Below, piece after piece: positions 17,451 through 25,973 of a DNA stretch of 32,000 nt. The position numbers and the translations under genes were made by a program. Where the stretch lies: contig NZ_SODD01000008.1 of assembly GCF_004365815.1 (NCBI RefSeq), forward strand, positions 35,177 to 67,176. The letters are read 5' to 3'. The DNA is from Breznakia blatticola (GTDB taxonomy: Bacteria; Bacillota_I; Bacilli_A; Erysipelotrichales; Erysipelotrichaceae). Numbering within the stretch: position 1 is the first letter of the stretch; each line of letters starts with the position of its first letter. The notes below the pieces were generated by a model. That model searched no databases, was not told the origin of the DNA, and saw nothing but the letters and a program-made list of their open reading frames with translations.

Positions 17451-17495
17451 AAAAAATGAAGCACTTGAATCATCAAGTTGCTTCATTTTTGTTTT
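17451..17495. terminator. Bidirectional intrinsic terminator (ohyA / hydrolase convergent)
   Basis: Long hairpin AAATGAAGCACTTGA-atca-TCAAGtTGCTTCATTT, flanked by A- and T-runs. Confidence 0.7.
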
Positions 17496-18246
17496 GTATA
17501 TCGACAGGTTGTTCTTCATTGTTTTCAGCATATGGATCAAATGCCTGTGGTCGAAGTTTTGTCACGATTCGATCATGCATAAAAGCATCAAATAATTCGT
17601 AGACTTCGTTGTTTGTATTTGTCATTAGCATTAAGCGATGAACACCCTCATGTAAGGTGTATAAACGCTTCTCCTCGTGTTTTATCTTATTGTATGCATT
17701 AATGCTACTGCGTAATGGAATTACAGGATCACTGTCACCGTGAATGAATAGAACTGGACAAGTGACTGCTGCAATATCATCCTTACATGCACTAACGACT
17801 TCACGAAATGCTTGTGTATGTTTTACTGACATATCGGATGGGTTTTTCTGTTGCGAGAGTAATTTTCCGACAACTTCTAAAACCGTTTTTGCACTAATAT
17901 ATTCAAATGCAGGGGCAAGCAGTATCAACTTCTTTACTGGATATTTACTTGCTATATGACTTGCAAGTACACCACCCATAGAAAAGCCGATAACATATAC
18001 TTCATGATGTTTTTGAAGGAGTTGTTCCATTTGTATTTCACATCGCTGAATCCATTGATTTGCATTGGTATCTGCTTCATCTTTGTAGTCAAAGATATCA
18101 AAAGTTACAAACTCATAATCCTCTTGTCCCCATAGTTTAAAGTTATCATATTCGTGTGAACGGCGACGCCCAAATCCATGGATACAAAGAATCACAGGTT
18201 TCTTATAAAAGCGACGATGGAACCATTTCTTTATAAATTGAATCAT
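17473..18246 (-). CDS. Alpha/beta hydrolase (serine hydrolase/esterase)
   Basis: ILCIHGFG, the nucleophile elbow GFSMGG and later IHGDSDP. I prefer the ATG at 18246 because the 18387 start is a TTG and the extra 47 aa overlie the T-box promoter. No clear SD is present. Confidence 0.7.
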   Translation of the reverse strand: MIQFIKKWFHRRFYKKPVILCIHGFGRRRSHEYDNFKLWGQEDYEFVTFDIFDYKDEADTNANQWIQRCEIQMEQLLQKHHEVYVIGFSMGGVLASHIASKYPVKKLILLAPAFEYISAKTVLEVVGKLLSQQKNPSDMSVKHTQAFREVVSACKDDIAAVTCPVLFIHGDSDPVIPLRSSINAYNKIKHEEKRLYTLHEGVHRLMLMTNTNNEVYELFDAFMHDRIVTKLRPQAFDPYAENNEEQPVDIQNKNEAT

Positions 18247-18311
18247 AGGTATATTATGACATAAAAGTAATGTGTCGTCACAAATTTTGAAAAAAAGATA
18301 TGTAAAATCTG

Positions 18312-18340
18312 TTGACAATAAAAAATGAATAGCATAAAAT
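18312..18340 (+). promoter_or_regulatory. Sigma-A promoter of the met T-box leader
   Basis: TTGACA, 17 nt, TAAAAT. Confidence 0.6.
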
Positions 18341-18346
18341 GAACTC

Positions 18347-18608
18347 AATACAAAACAAATACGATGAAAAGAAGAGTAGAGTTTCAAAAGTCTTCATAGA
18401 GAGTCCTGGTTGGTGAAAAAGGATAAGATAAGTCGAACTTGAATATGGTCTTGGAGTAGTACAGTTGAGAGCTTGCTTTAGATTGTACCGTGTGCACCCG
18501 TTAACGTGCTAGAGTTTGATAGAACTTGAAGAGGTTATTGTAGTGATGCAATAATGAACTAAGGTGGTAACACGATGACATTCGTCCTTATGGGTGAATG
18601 TTTTTTTT
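18347..18608 (+). promoter_or_regulatory. T-box riboswitch leader, probable Met (AUG) specifier, with terminator
   Basis: The AGAGAG stem-I motif is at about 18400. A candidate specifier, gaatATGg, is at 18445-18447. The T-box sequence AACTAAGGTGGTAACACG is at 18557-18574. The terminator is a 10-bp stem (18578-18601) plus T8. Confidence 0.8.
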
Positions 18609-18625
18609 ATGATTTTGGAGGATAT

Positions 18626-19660
18626 ATGGAAAAGGTTGTCTTAAAACACATTTCGAAAACGTTTCAAGTAAAAACACATGATGTGCATGCAGTAAAAGAT
18701 GTATCGCTAAGTGTGGATGAAGGCGATATCTTTGGTGTCATTGGATTTAGTGGAGCAGGAAAAAGTACACTTATACGTTGTATCAATTTGCTTGAAAGAC
18801 CAACGAGTGGTGAAGTATGGGTAAATGGGAAAAACTTAATTGAATTACCAGCAAAGCAATTGCGTGAAGAACGTAAGAAAATCGGAATGATTTTTCAACA
18901 TTTCAATCTGATGCGTTCAAGAACGGTTGCACAAAATATTGCCTATCCATTAAAAGGTAGTGGAAAAAGTAAAGCTGAAATCGAAGCAAAAGTAAGTGAA
19001 TTACTTGAACTTGTAGAATTGTCAGATAAAGCAAAAGCATATCCAAGTCAACTGTCTGGTGGACAAAAACAAAGAGTTGCCATTGCAAGAGCGCTTGCAA
19101 ATGATCCAAGCATCTTGCTTTGTGATGAAGCAACAAGTGCACTGGATCCACAAACAACACAATCGATATTGCAATTACTAAAAGAAGTTAATGAGAAATT
19201 AAAACTTACAATTGTTATCATCACGCATGAAATGGCGGTTGTAAAACAAATTTGTAATCGTGTTGCGATTATGGAAAATGGAGTCGTGGTTGAACAAGGA
19301 AATATTGTGGATATCTTCAGTAACCCACAAAATCAGACAACAAAGAATTTCATTAATACGACAACTTCGATTAATGAAATATATGAAATGATTGAAGAAG
19401 AAAATCCACTTGTTAAGTTGGAAGAAAATGAAACGATGCTTCGTTTAACATATGGTTCAAGTAACACCGATGAACCAATCATGTCAGAATTGGTTAACCA
19501 ATTTAATTTAGAATTTAATATCGTATTTGCGAATGTTGAAGTACTAAGTGCAACTCCAATTGGAAATCTCGTTGTAAAACTAAAAGGTGAAACCAAAGAT
19601 AGACAAGATGCTATTTCATATATCGAAAAACAAGGTGTGAAAGTTGAGGTGTTAAATTAA
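18626..19660 (+). CDS. metN: Methionine ABC transporter ATP-binding protein
   Basis: The ATG at 18626 follows a GGAGGA RBS. Walker A GFSGAGKST, signature LSGGQKQR, Walker B LLCDEATSALD, and a C-terminal NIL domain. Confidence 0.9.
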   Translation: MEKVVLKHISKTFQVKTHDVHAVKDVSLSVDEGDIFGVIGFSGAGKSTLIRCINLLERPTSGEVWVNGKNLIELPAKQLREERKKIGMIFQHFNLMRSRTVAQNIAYPLKGSGKSKAEIEAKVSELLELVELSDKAKAYPSQLSGGQKQRVAIARALANDPSILLCDEATSALDPQTTQSILQLLKEVNEKLKLTIVIITHEMAVVKQICNRVAIMENGVVVEQGNIVDIFSNPQNQTTKNFINTTTSINEIYEMIEEENPLVKLEENETMLRLTYGSSNTDEPIMSELVNQFNLEFNIVFANVEVLSATPIGNLVVKLKGETKDRQDAISYIEKQGVKVEVLN

Positions 19661-20397
19661 TGGGAAGTCAAATTTCACAATTCTTTGAATTGATCATTGG
19701 TAAAGTTATTGAATTAATTGATCATATACTACCAATGGAATTTATGAATGATCCAATTATGGTGAAAGAATTAGTTAATGCAACTTGGGAAACCATATGG
19801 ATGTTACTTGCATCTGGTATTGTTGCATTATTACTTGGACTACTTGTTGGAGTGATTGTGACAGTTACAAACAAAGATGGCTTGTTGGAAAACAAAATTA
19901 TCTACTTTGTATTTGATAAATTTATCAATTTCTTTAGAGCAGTACCATTTGTTATTTTGATTCCATTGATGATGGGATTATCAAGAGTACTTGTAGGTAC
20001 GGCGACAGGGACCACAGGAATGCTTGTGACACTTGTTTTTGGAATTATTCCATTCTTTGCTAGACAAGTACAAAGTGCATTGGCAGATGTGGATTCTGGA
20101 TTGATTGAGGCAAGTATCTCAATGGGGGATTCCCCCTTACAAATTATTACAAGAGTTTACATTAAAGAAAGTATTCCAGGATTGATACGTTCTATATCGA
20201 TGACACTTGTTTCTGCATTAGGACTTACAGCAATGGCAGGACAAGTTGGTGGTGGAGGATTAGGTGCCTTCGCTATTCGTTATGGATATCAAAGACATGA
20301 ACTTGATGCAACATGGACAACGGTAGTCATTATATTAGTTATTGTTGTAATTATTGAATCAAGTGCAAATTATTTCGCAAAAAAATTAACACATTAA
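19660..20397 (+). CDS. metI: Methionine ABC transporter permease
   Basis: Its start overlaps the metN stop. It is polytopic, with an EAS-type loop (EASISMGDSPLQ). Confidence 0.9.
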   Translation: MGSQISQFFELIIGKVIELIDHILPMEFMNDPIMVKELVNATWETIWMLLASGIVALLLGLLVGVIVTVTNKDGLLENKIIYFVFDKFINFFRAVPFVILIPLMMGLSRVLVGTATGTTGMLVTLVFGIIPFFARQVQSALADVDSGLIEASISMGDSPLQIITRVYIKESIPGLIRSISMTLVSALGLTAMAGQVGGGGLGAFAIRYGYQRHELDATWTTVVIILVIVVIIESSANYFAKKLTH

Positions 20398-20423
20398 AAG
20401 TGTATCTTAAGGAGGATAAGAAG

Positions 20424-21260
20424 ATGAAAAAAATTATTGCAAGCTTAATTGTTGGTTTATTGGTTTTAACAGGATGTGGAGGATCAGATGATAGTGCTGG
20501 CGCTGATGACAAACTAGAAAAGATTACAGTTGCAGCAAGTGCGACACCACATGCTGAAATTTTAGAAGAAGTAAAAGAAGATTTAAAAGAAGCAGGATAT
20601 GAATTAGAAGTAAAAGTATTTGATGATTACATTTTACCAAATACAGTTGTAGATGATGGAGAAATTGATGCAAACTTCTTCCAACATGAACCATACTTAA
20701 TCAGTTTTAATGAAGATAATGGAACAGACTTAGTAGCTGTAGCAAATATTCACATTGAACCTTTAGGAATTTATGCAAAGGATAATGAAAAAACAAACTC
20801 AGATTTTTCAGTTGCTGATGTAAAAGAAGGAGCAGTTATTACTATTCCAAATGATCCATCAAATGAATACCGTGCATTACTATTGTTACAAGAAAAAGGC
20901 ATTATCAAAATCAAAGATAGCAACAACTTAAAATCAACAGTTGTAGATATTGTAGAGAATCCAAAAAATGTAGAAATCAAAGAAGTGGAAGCAGCTGGAA
21001 TTCCAGCAACACTACCAGATGTTGATTACGCTGTAATTAATGGAAACTATGCACTTACAAATAAAGTTGAAGATAAACTAATTGTTGCAGAAACAAAAGA
21101 TTCAAAAGGTGCATTAAAATATGCAAACATCCTTGCAGTTAAAAAAGGAAACGAAGACAGTGCAAAAACAAAAGCTTTAATTAAAGCGTTACACACAGAA
21201 AAAGTTAAAACATTCATTGAAGAAACATTTGGTGACTTAGTCATTCCAGCTTTTGATTAA
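20424..21260 (+). CDS. metQ: Methionine-binding lipoprotein (MetQ/NlpA family)
   Basis: The ATG at 20424 follows an AAGGAGG RBS. The lipobox is LLVLTGCGG, and NlpA-family motifs are present (FQHEPYL, NDPSNEYRALLLL). Confidence 0.9.
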   Translation: MKKIIASLIVGLLVLTGCGGSDDSAGADDKLEKITVAASATPHAEILEEVKEDLKEAGYELEVKVFDDYILPNTVVDDGEIDANFFQHEPYLISFNEDNGTDLVAVANIHIEPLGIYAKDNEKTNSDFSVADVKEGAVITIPNDPSNEYRALLLLQEKGIIKIKDSNNLKSTVVDIVENPKNVEIKEVEAAGIPATLPDVDYAVINGNYALTNKVEDKLIVAETKDSKGALKYANILAVKKGNEDSAKTKALIKALHTEKVKTFIEETFGDLVIPAFD

Positions 21261-21268
21261 TTATTTTG

Positions 21269-21297
21269 ACCCAATAGATAATATCTGTTGGGTTTTC
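21269..21297 (+). terminator. Intrinsic terminator after metQ
   Basis: ACCCAATAGAT-aat-ATCTgTTGGGT followed by TTTTC. Confidence 0.75.
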
Positions 21298-21371
21298 TTA
21301 TGTGCATGAATCAATAATAGACAAGCATTTCTTATTTGTATGGTATAATCAATGCAAGGAGCGTGAGGTCT

Positions 21372-22085
21372 ATGGAGTTTGTGAAACGAAATAAAATTTT
21401 TGTTGCACTTGCATCAGTGCTTTTGCTATTGATTGCAATATTGACTTATGAGTTTGTTCAGCCAAGTAACACCCCAAACACGGTTGTTGCAGGAAATGAT
21501 AGTGAGAAAACTACTAGTATTTCTAATTTCTCGTTAAAGTTGACTTCTGCAAACGACTTAACGTTTCATTGGGAAATAAATCAAGGTAGTGAAACAATTT
21601 CAAAGATTGAGATTTTTCATGATACAACCTTACTAAAAGATGTCACTAGCCAAGCAGTTTACTCAACTCCACTATTTCAAAGTGGAATTAAAACAGGAAA
21701 TAATGAGTTTACGATAAAAGTAACGTTAGGAAATGGGAAAGTACTAGAAAAACGTTTGTATCGTTATATCGATGAGGTATTGAGTTTCAAGGAGGAACAT
21801 CGACTTGAAGGGACTACTTTATATATGGAAACTACATATTATGTGCAAAAAGATCAAAAACCACGCACACCTATGGTTTCTTATACGCTAAATCAAAAGG
21901 GAGTTATTCCATTTGAGTATGTGAAAAGTGAAACCGTAAAAGTTGAAGGTGATTACCAACAACAAAAAGATTATTATACATTTGATCTGTCTCAAGTGAA
22001 TTCAGGAACATATGTGTTTTATTTGAATTTCAATTATAATGAGTTCAATTTAATGTTTAAACGTACAATCAGTGTAGACATATAA
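21372..22085 (+). CDS. N-terminally anchored extracytoplasmic protein of unknown function
   Basis: The ATG at 21372 lies downstream of a TGGTATAAT promoter (21340-21348) and an AAGGAG RBS. There is a single N-terminal TM helix (IFVALASVLLLLIAILTY). Confidence 0.65.
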   Translation: MEFVKRNKIFVALASVLLLLIAILTYEFVQPSNTPNTVVAGNDSEKTTSISNFSLKLTSANDLTFHWEINQGSETISKIEIFHDTTLLKDVTSQAVYSTPLFQSGIKTGNNEFTIKVTLGNGKVLEKRLYRYIDEVLSFKEEHRLEGTTLYMETTYYVQKDQKPRTPMVSYTLNQKGVIPFEYVKSETVKVEGDYQQQKDYYTFDLSQVNSGTYVFYLNFNYNEFNLMFKRTISVDI

Positions 22086-22113
22086 AAAGCCTCGCAATCA
22101 AGCGAGGCTTTTT
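22085..22113. terminator. Bidirectional intrinsic terminator
   Basis: AAAAGCCTCGC-aatcaa-GCGAGGCTTTTT. Confidence 0.8.
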
Positions 22114-22125
22114 ATATATCTAAGA

Positions 22126-24225
22126 CTAATCTGCTACTGAGTATAATAAATCTCCATATGATGGGAATGGCCAGTATTCTTTAGAACAGTTTTGTTCGAT
22201 TTCATCAACCACTGCACGTAAGTCTACCATTTTTGCTAATACACTTTCACCATAGTATGTCGCGTTTTTAATGTTATCGCTAATGCCGTTTGCGGCAACA
22301 ATATCATCTGCTAATAACTCAGTTTTTGTGTATACTTCATGGATTAACTTGTTTAGTTTTTTAATCATAGCTTCTTCGGTAATGCAATCTAAATCAGCAA
22401 CAATTGATTTTTTTACAGCGACAGTTTCACTTAAGTCCTTAATGTATTTTAAGACGGAAGGGATAATGTTTTTCTTTGCCATATTTACCATTGTTTCTGC
22501 TTCAATATTGATTGCTTTTGAGTATTCTTCAATCAATACATCCATACGAGCTTTCATTTCATTGACAGTATAGATATGATTTGAAGTAAATAGTTCTACA
22601 TTTTTAGCATCCATATAGTGAGGAAGTGCTTCATATGTAGTGCGTAAGTTTAATAGTCCACGATTTTGTGCTTCAACTACCCAACTATCATCATATCCAT
22701 TTCCATTAAAGATGATGCGCTTGTGTTTTGTGAATGTTTCTTTGATTAAATCATGTAAATCTTTTTGAAGATCACTAGATGCTTCTAAGCGGTCTGCAAA
22801 TTCTTTAAATGCTTGTGCAACAATCGTATTTAACATAATGTTTGGACAAGAAATAGATAGTTGAGAACCAAGCATACGGAACTCGAATTTATTCCCTGTA
22901 AAGGCAAAAGGGGAAGTACGGTTACGATCCGTATTGTCTTTTTTAAATTCTGGTAGTGAGTCAACACCAATTTCGATCTTTCCAGCACTGTGGTTACATT
23001 GAGGCTTATCTTCAATGATACATTCAATGATGGCTTCTAAATCTGTACCTGTGAAAATTGAGATAATTGCAGGAGGTGCTTCTTGTGCCCCTAAACGGTG
23101 ATCGTTTCCAGCACTTGCAACTGAGATACGCAATAAATCTTGGTTTTCATCAACTGCTTTAACTAAAGCTGCAAGAACCAACAAGAATTGTGCATTTTCT
23201 TCAGGTGTTGCACCTGGCTCTAATAAGTTTTCACCTTGATCAGTAGCCATTGACCAGTTGTTGTGCTTTCCTGAACCATTTATCCCTGCGAATGGTTTCT
23301 CGTGAAGTAGACAAACAAGTCCGTGACGAAGTGCCACTTTCTTCATAATTTCCATTGTTAGTTGGTTTTGGTCTGTAGCAACATTGGTAAGCGTGAAGAT
23401 TGGTGCAAGCTCATGTTGAGCAGGAGCAACTTCGTTGTGTTGCGTTTTGGCAAGAACACCAAGTTTCCATAATTCAACGTTTAAGTCATCCATAAAACGA
23501 GCAACTTTTGGTTTTAATACACCAAAGTAATGGTCATCAAGTTCTTGTGTTTTTGGGGGACGAGCTCCATATAAGGTGCGTCCTGTATAAATTAAATCTT
23601 TACGTTTATCCCATAGATTTTTATCAATAAGGAAGTATTCTTGTTCAGCACCAACGGTTGTATTCACTCGTTTTACATCGGTTTTGCCAAAAAGTTTAAG
23701 AATACGTAACGCTTGACGATTCAGTAATTCTTGTGATTTCAGTAATGGTGTTTTCTTATCTAGTGATTCTCCATTGTATGACATGAACACACTAGGAATA
23801 CAAAGAATTCCTTCTTTGATAAACACACATGAGGTTGGATCCCAACCTGTGTATCCACGAGCTTCATATGTATCACGTAGTCCACCATTTGGGAAACTTG
23901 AAGCATCAGGTTCACCCTTGATTAATTCCTTACCAGAAAATTCCATAATGATACTACCATCTCCACTAGGGGTAATGAATGCATCGTGTTTTTCTGCTGT
24001 AATTCCTGTCATTGGTTGGAACCAGTGTGTGTAATGCGTTGCACCATTTTCAATTGCCCAGTCTTTCATGGCAGTTGCAATCGTACTCGCACATTCTGGA
24101 TCAAGCGGTTTTCCTTCTTCAATCGTTGCTTTATATTTCTTGTAAATGTCTTTAGGCAGTTTTGCCTTCATACAACGATCGTCGAAAACCTTCGATCCGA
24201 AAATCTCAGTAACGTTAGTTCTCAT
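22126..24225 (-). CDS. glnN: Glutamine synthetase type III
   Basis: 699 aa. The N-terminus FGSKVFDD..M...LPKDIYKKY and THYTHWFQPMTG are typical of GSIII. The catalytic-region motifs look intact to me (GAEQEYFLID, HNEVAPAQHE, NGSGKHNNWS); I did not check the C-terminal motifs. Confidence 0.9.
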   Translation of the reverse strand: MRTNVTEIFGSKVFDDRCMKAKLPKDIYKKYKATIEEGKPLDPECASTIATAMKDWAIENGATHYTHWFQPMTGITAEKHDAFITPSGDGSIIMEFSGKELIKGEPDASSFPNGGLRDTYEARGYTGWDPTSCVFIKEGILCIPSVFMSYNGESLDKKTPLLKSQELLNRQALRILKLFGKTDVKRVNTTVGAEQEYFLIDKNLWDKRKDLIYTGRTLYGARPPKTQELDDHYFGVLKPKVARFMDDLNVELWKLGVLAKTQHNEVAPAQHELAPIFTLTNVATDQNQLTMEIMKKVALRHGLVCLLHEKPFAGINGSGKHNNWSMATDQGENLLEPGATPEENAQFLLVLAALVKAVDENQDLLRISVASAGNDHRLGAQEAPPAIISIFTGTDLEAIIECIIEDKPQCNHSAGKIEIGVDSLPEFKKDNTDRNRTSPFAFTGNKFEFRMLGSQLSISCPNIMLNTIVAQAFKEFADRLEASSDLQKDLHDLIKETFTKHKRIIFNGNGYDDSWVVEAQNRGLLNLRTTYEALPHYMDAKNVELFTSNHIYTVNEMKARMDVLIEEYSKAINIEAETMVNMAKKNIIPSVLKYIKDLSETVAVKKSIVADLDCITEEAMIKKLNKLIHEVYTKTELLADDIVAANGISDNIKNATYYGESVLAKMVDLRAVVDEIEQNCSKEYWPFPSYGDLLYSVAD

Positions 24226-24240
24226 AGTTCTCCTCCTGAA

Positions 24241-24286
24241 TAAACAAAAAGGGTGCCGTAGACAAAAATATATCTACAGCACCCTT
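24241..24286 (-). terminator. Intrinsic terminator inside the glnN 5' leader (attenuator)
   Basis: On the minus strand: AGGGTGCTGTAGA-tatatttttg-TCTACGGCACCCT (13 bp, one G-U) followed by TTTTTGTTTATT. It ends about 10 nt before the AGGAGGA RBS of glnN. Confidence 0.7.
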
Positions 24287-24291
24287 GCTGT
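24276..24291 (-). promoter_or_regulatory. Hexaloop hairpin overlapping the terminator 5' arm (ANTAR-substrate-like half-site)
   Basis: On the minus strand: ACAGC[AAGGGT]GCTGT, a 5-bp stem whose hexaloop has A at position 1 and G at position 4. I could not find a convincing partner hexaloop hairpin upstream. Confidence 0.3.
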
Positions 24292-24329
24292 TACCATGAG
24301 TTTAATCAATAATTACGTATAAGTCAAGG

Positions 24330-24422
24330 TTAATTTGAATCTTTTTTACCAATATCACTTACTTTGATTGCAATGTAAAGTAACAACATCAGTTGAATAA
24401 CATCATAGATAAATTTGTACAT
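24330..24422 (-). CDS. Candidate 30-aa hydrophobic small protein (MYKFIYDVIQLMLLLYIAIKVSDIGKKDSN)
   Basis: An AAAGGAG RBS lies 7 nt upstream of the ATG. It is not in the ORF track because it is under 60 aa. It sits between the divergent promoter region and the glnN attenuator. Confidence 0.4.
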   Translation of the reverse strand: MYKFIYDVIQLMLLLYIAIKVSDIGKKDSN

Positions 24423-24627
24423 GATAAGCTCCTTTCATTTACTCATATGATTGTGTTTCTAATACAAGTGTAGCACATACATATAAAAGAGTTAACCCTA
24501 CAGGATTCCTTGATAGAAGAGCTAGATGTAAAGTATATGTAAATTACAAACAATTTTTAGTAATCTATTTTGCATAATGTAAAAAGTGTGATATGAATAG
24601 AAAGAGTTACAAGTATGAAATCTTTTA

Positions 24628-24656
24628 TTGACAGGAATTTAGTTGTAAACTATAAT
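24628..24656 (+). promoter_or_regulatory. Consensus sigma-A promoter of the GS-like/ANTAR/pyrG operon
   Basis: TTGACA, 17 nt, TATAAT, both hexamers perfect. The leader before the RBS is only about 20-25 nt. Confidence 0.65.
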
Positions 24657-24688
24657 CATAAAATAGATTTTGAAGAAGGAGCGTGACT

Positions 24689-25957
24689 ATGGAGCTACAA
24701 GATATTTTGCAATACATTCAACAGCATCATGTGAAATTTGTGCGACTCGCTTTTTGCGACATTTTTGGAACCCTCAAAAATCTCTCAATTAATGCAGAAG
24801 ACTTCGAAGATGCAACAACATTTGGAGTTAACTTGGATGCTTCTATAGTTAACGGTTTTATGAACTTCAAAAAAACGGATTTACTCTTGTTTCCTGATTT
24901 GGAAACCATGACAGTACTGCCTTGGCGCAGCAATCATGAGAAAGTTGTTCGTTTTTTTTGTGATATTCGTCATGTGGATCACCGTCCATTTGAAGGTGAT
25001 GGTCGTTATATTTTAAAGCAAGCGATGGAAGCTTGCGAAGCTTATGGATATACACCACGAATTGGAATTGAAAGTGAGTTTTATGTTTTTAAAAATGATG
25101 AAGATGGAAAACCGACAAATCTTCCAGTCGATGATGCATCGTATTTAGATGTAACACCACTTGATAAGTGTGAAAATATTCGTCGTGATGTATGTTTGGC
25201 TCTTGGTGAAATGGGGGTAAAAACGACTCTTTCCTACCATGAAAAAGGTCCGGGACAAAATGTTATTATGTTTCAAAAAGACCATGCACTACCGAGTGCT
25301 GACAATTTTATCACTTTTAAAAATGCGGTAAAAAGCATTGCGTTGGTAAATGATTTGTATGCAAGTTTTATGCCACGTCCAATGGCAAATGAGGCTGGTA
25401 GTGGACTTCGTATTAAAGTGATTTTAAGTAAAAATGATCGGAATATTTTTGATGATGAATTTGAAGTTAATATTCAAGAACAAAGAAGTTTCATCGCTGG
25501 AATATTAAATCGAATTGATGATATGAGTGCATTTTTAAATCCAATACATAATTCATATGAACGTTTAGGACGTGAAAAAGCACCAAAATACATAACGTGG
25601 TCAAAAGAAAATGAAAGTGAATTAATTCGTGTTAGTGAGAAAAATGATGAGTATTCATTTATTACACTACGTTCACCTGATGCAGCATGCAATCCATATA
25701 TTAGCTTTGCTTTATTGTTGTTTGCTGGAGTTGAAGGAATGAAAAATCATGAAGAACTTCATGAAAATACAAAAAGTCCAAGAATGCTACCAGATAGCTT
25801 GAAAGAAGCAATTAAAAAACTGGAGACATCAACGTTTATAAAAACGTATTTAAATGAGAAAACACTTGAGACATTTATTCGTGCCAAAAAAGAAGAAGTA
25901 GAACAAATTGATAAAGAAGCTTCTTTTGCCTTGGATCCATACTTCCGCCTAATTTAG
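24689..25957 (+). CDS. Type-I glutamine synthetase homologue with a degenerate active site (predicted pseudoenzyme or sensor)
   Basis: The ATG at 24689 lies 8 nt after a GAAGGAG RBS; the GTG at 24683 is too close to the RBS. The GS-I fold is clear (GIESEFYVF, SYHEKGPGQN, AGSGLR, NSYERL, RSPDAACNPY), but many canonical ligand positions are substituted (see findings). Confidence 0.85.
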   Translation: MELQDILQYIQQHHVKFVRLAFCDIFGTLKNLSINAEDFEDATTFGVNLDASIVNGFMNFKKTDLLLFPDLETMTVLPWRSNHEKVVRFFCDIRHVDHRPFEGDGRYILKQAMEACEAYGYTPRIGIESEFYVFKNDEDGKPTNLPVDDASYLDVTPLDKCENIRRDVCLALGEMGVKTTLSYHEKGPGQNVIMFQKDHALPSADNFITFKNAVKSIALVNDLYASFMPRPMANEAGSGLRIKVILSKNDRNIFDDEFEVNIQEQRSFIAGILNRIDDMSAFLNPIHNSYERLGREKAPKYITWSKENESELIRVSEKNDEYSFITLRSPDAACNPYISFALLLFAGVEGMKNHEELHENTKSPRMLPDSLKEAIKKLETSTFIKTYLNEKTLETFIRAKKEEVEQIDKEASFALDPYFRLI

Positions 25958-25973
25958 TAGGAGTGGATACAGT

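Noticed and set aside
24527-24547. TGTAAAGTATATGTAAATTACA in the glnN / GS-like divergent region, considered as a TnrA/GlnR box (TGTNA-N7-TNACA).
   Set aside because: Neither register satisfies the 17-bp consensus. The clean palindrome TGTAA-A-TTACA has a 1-nt spacer, not a 7-nt one. It may bind something, but it is not a recognisable GlnR/TnrA site.
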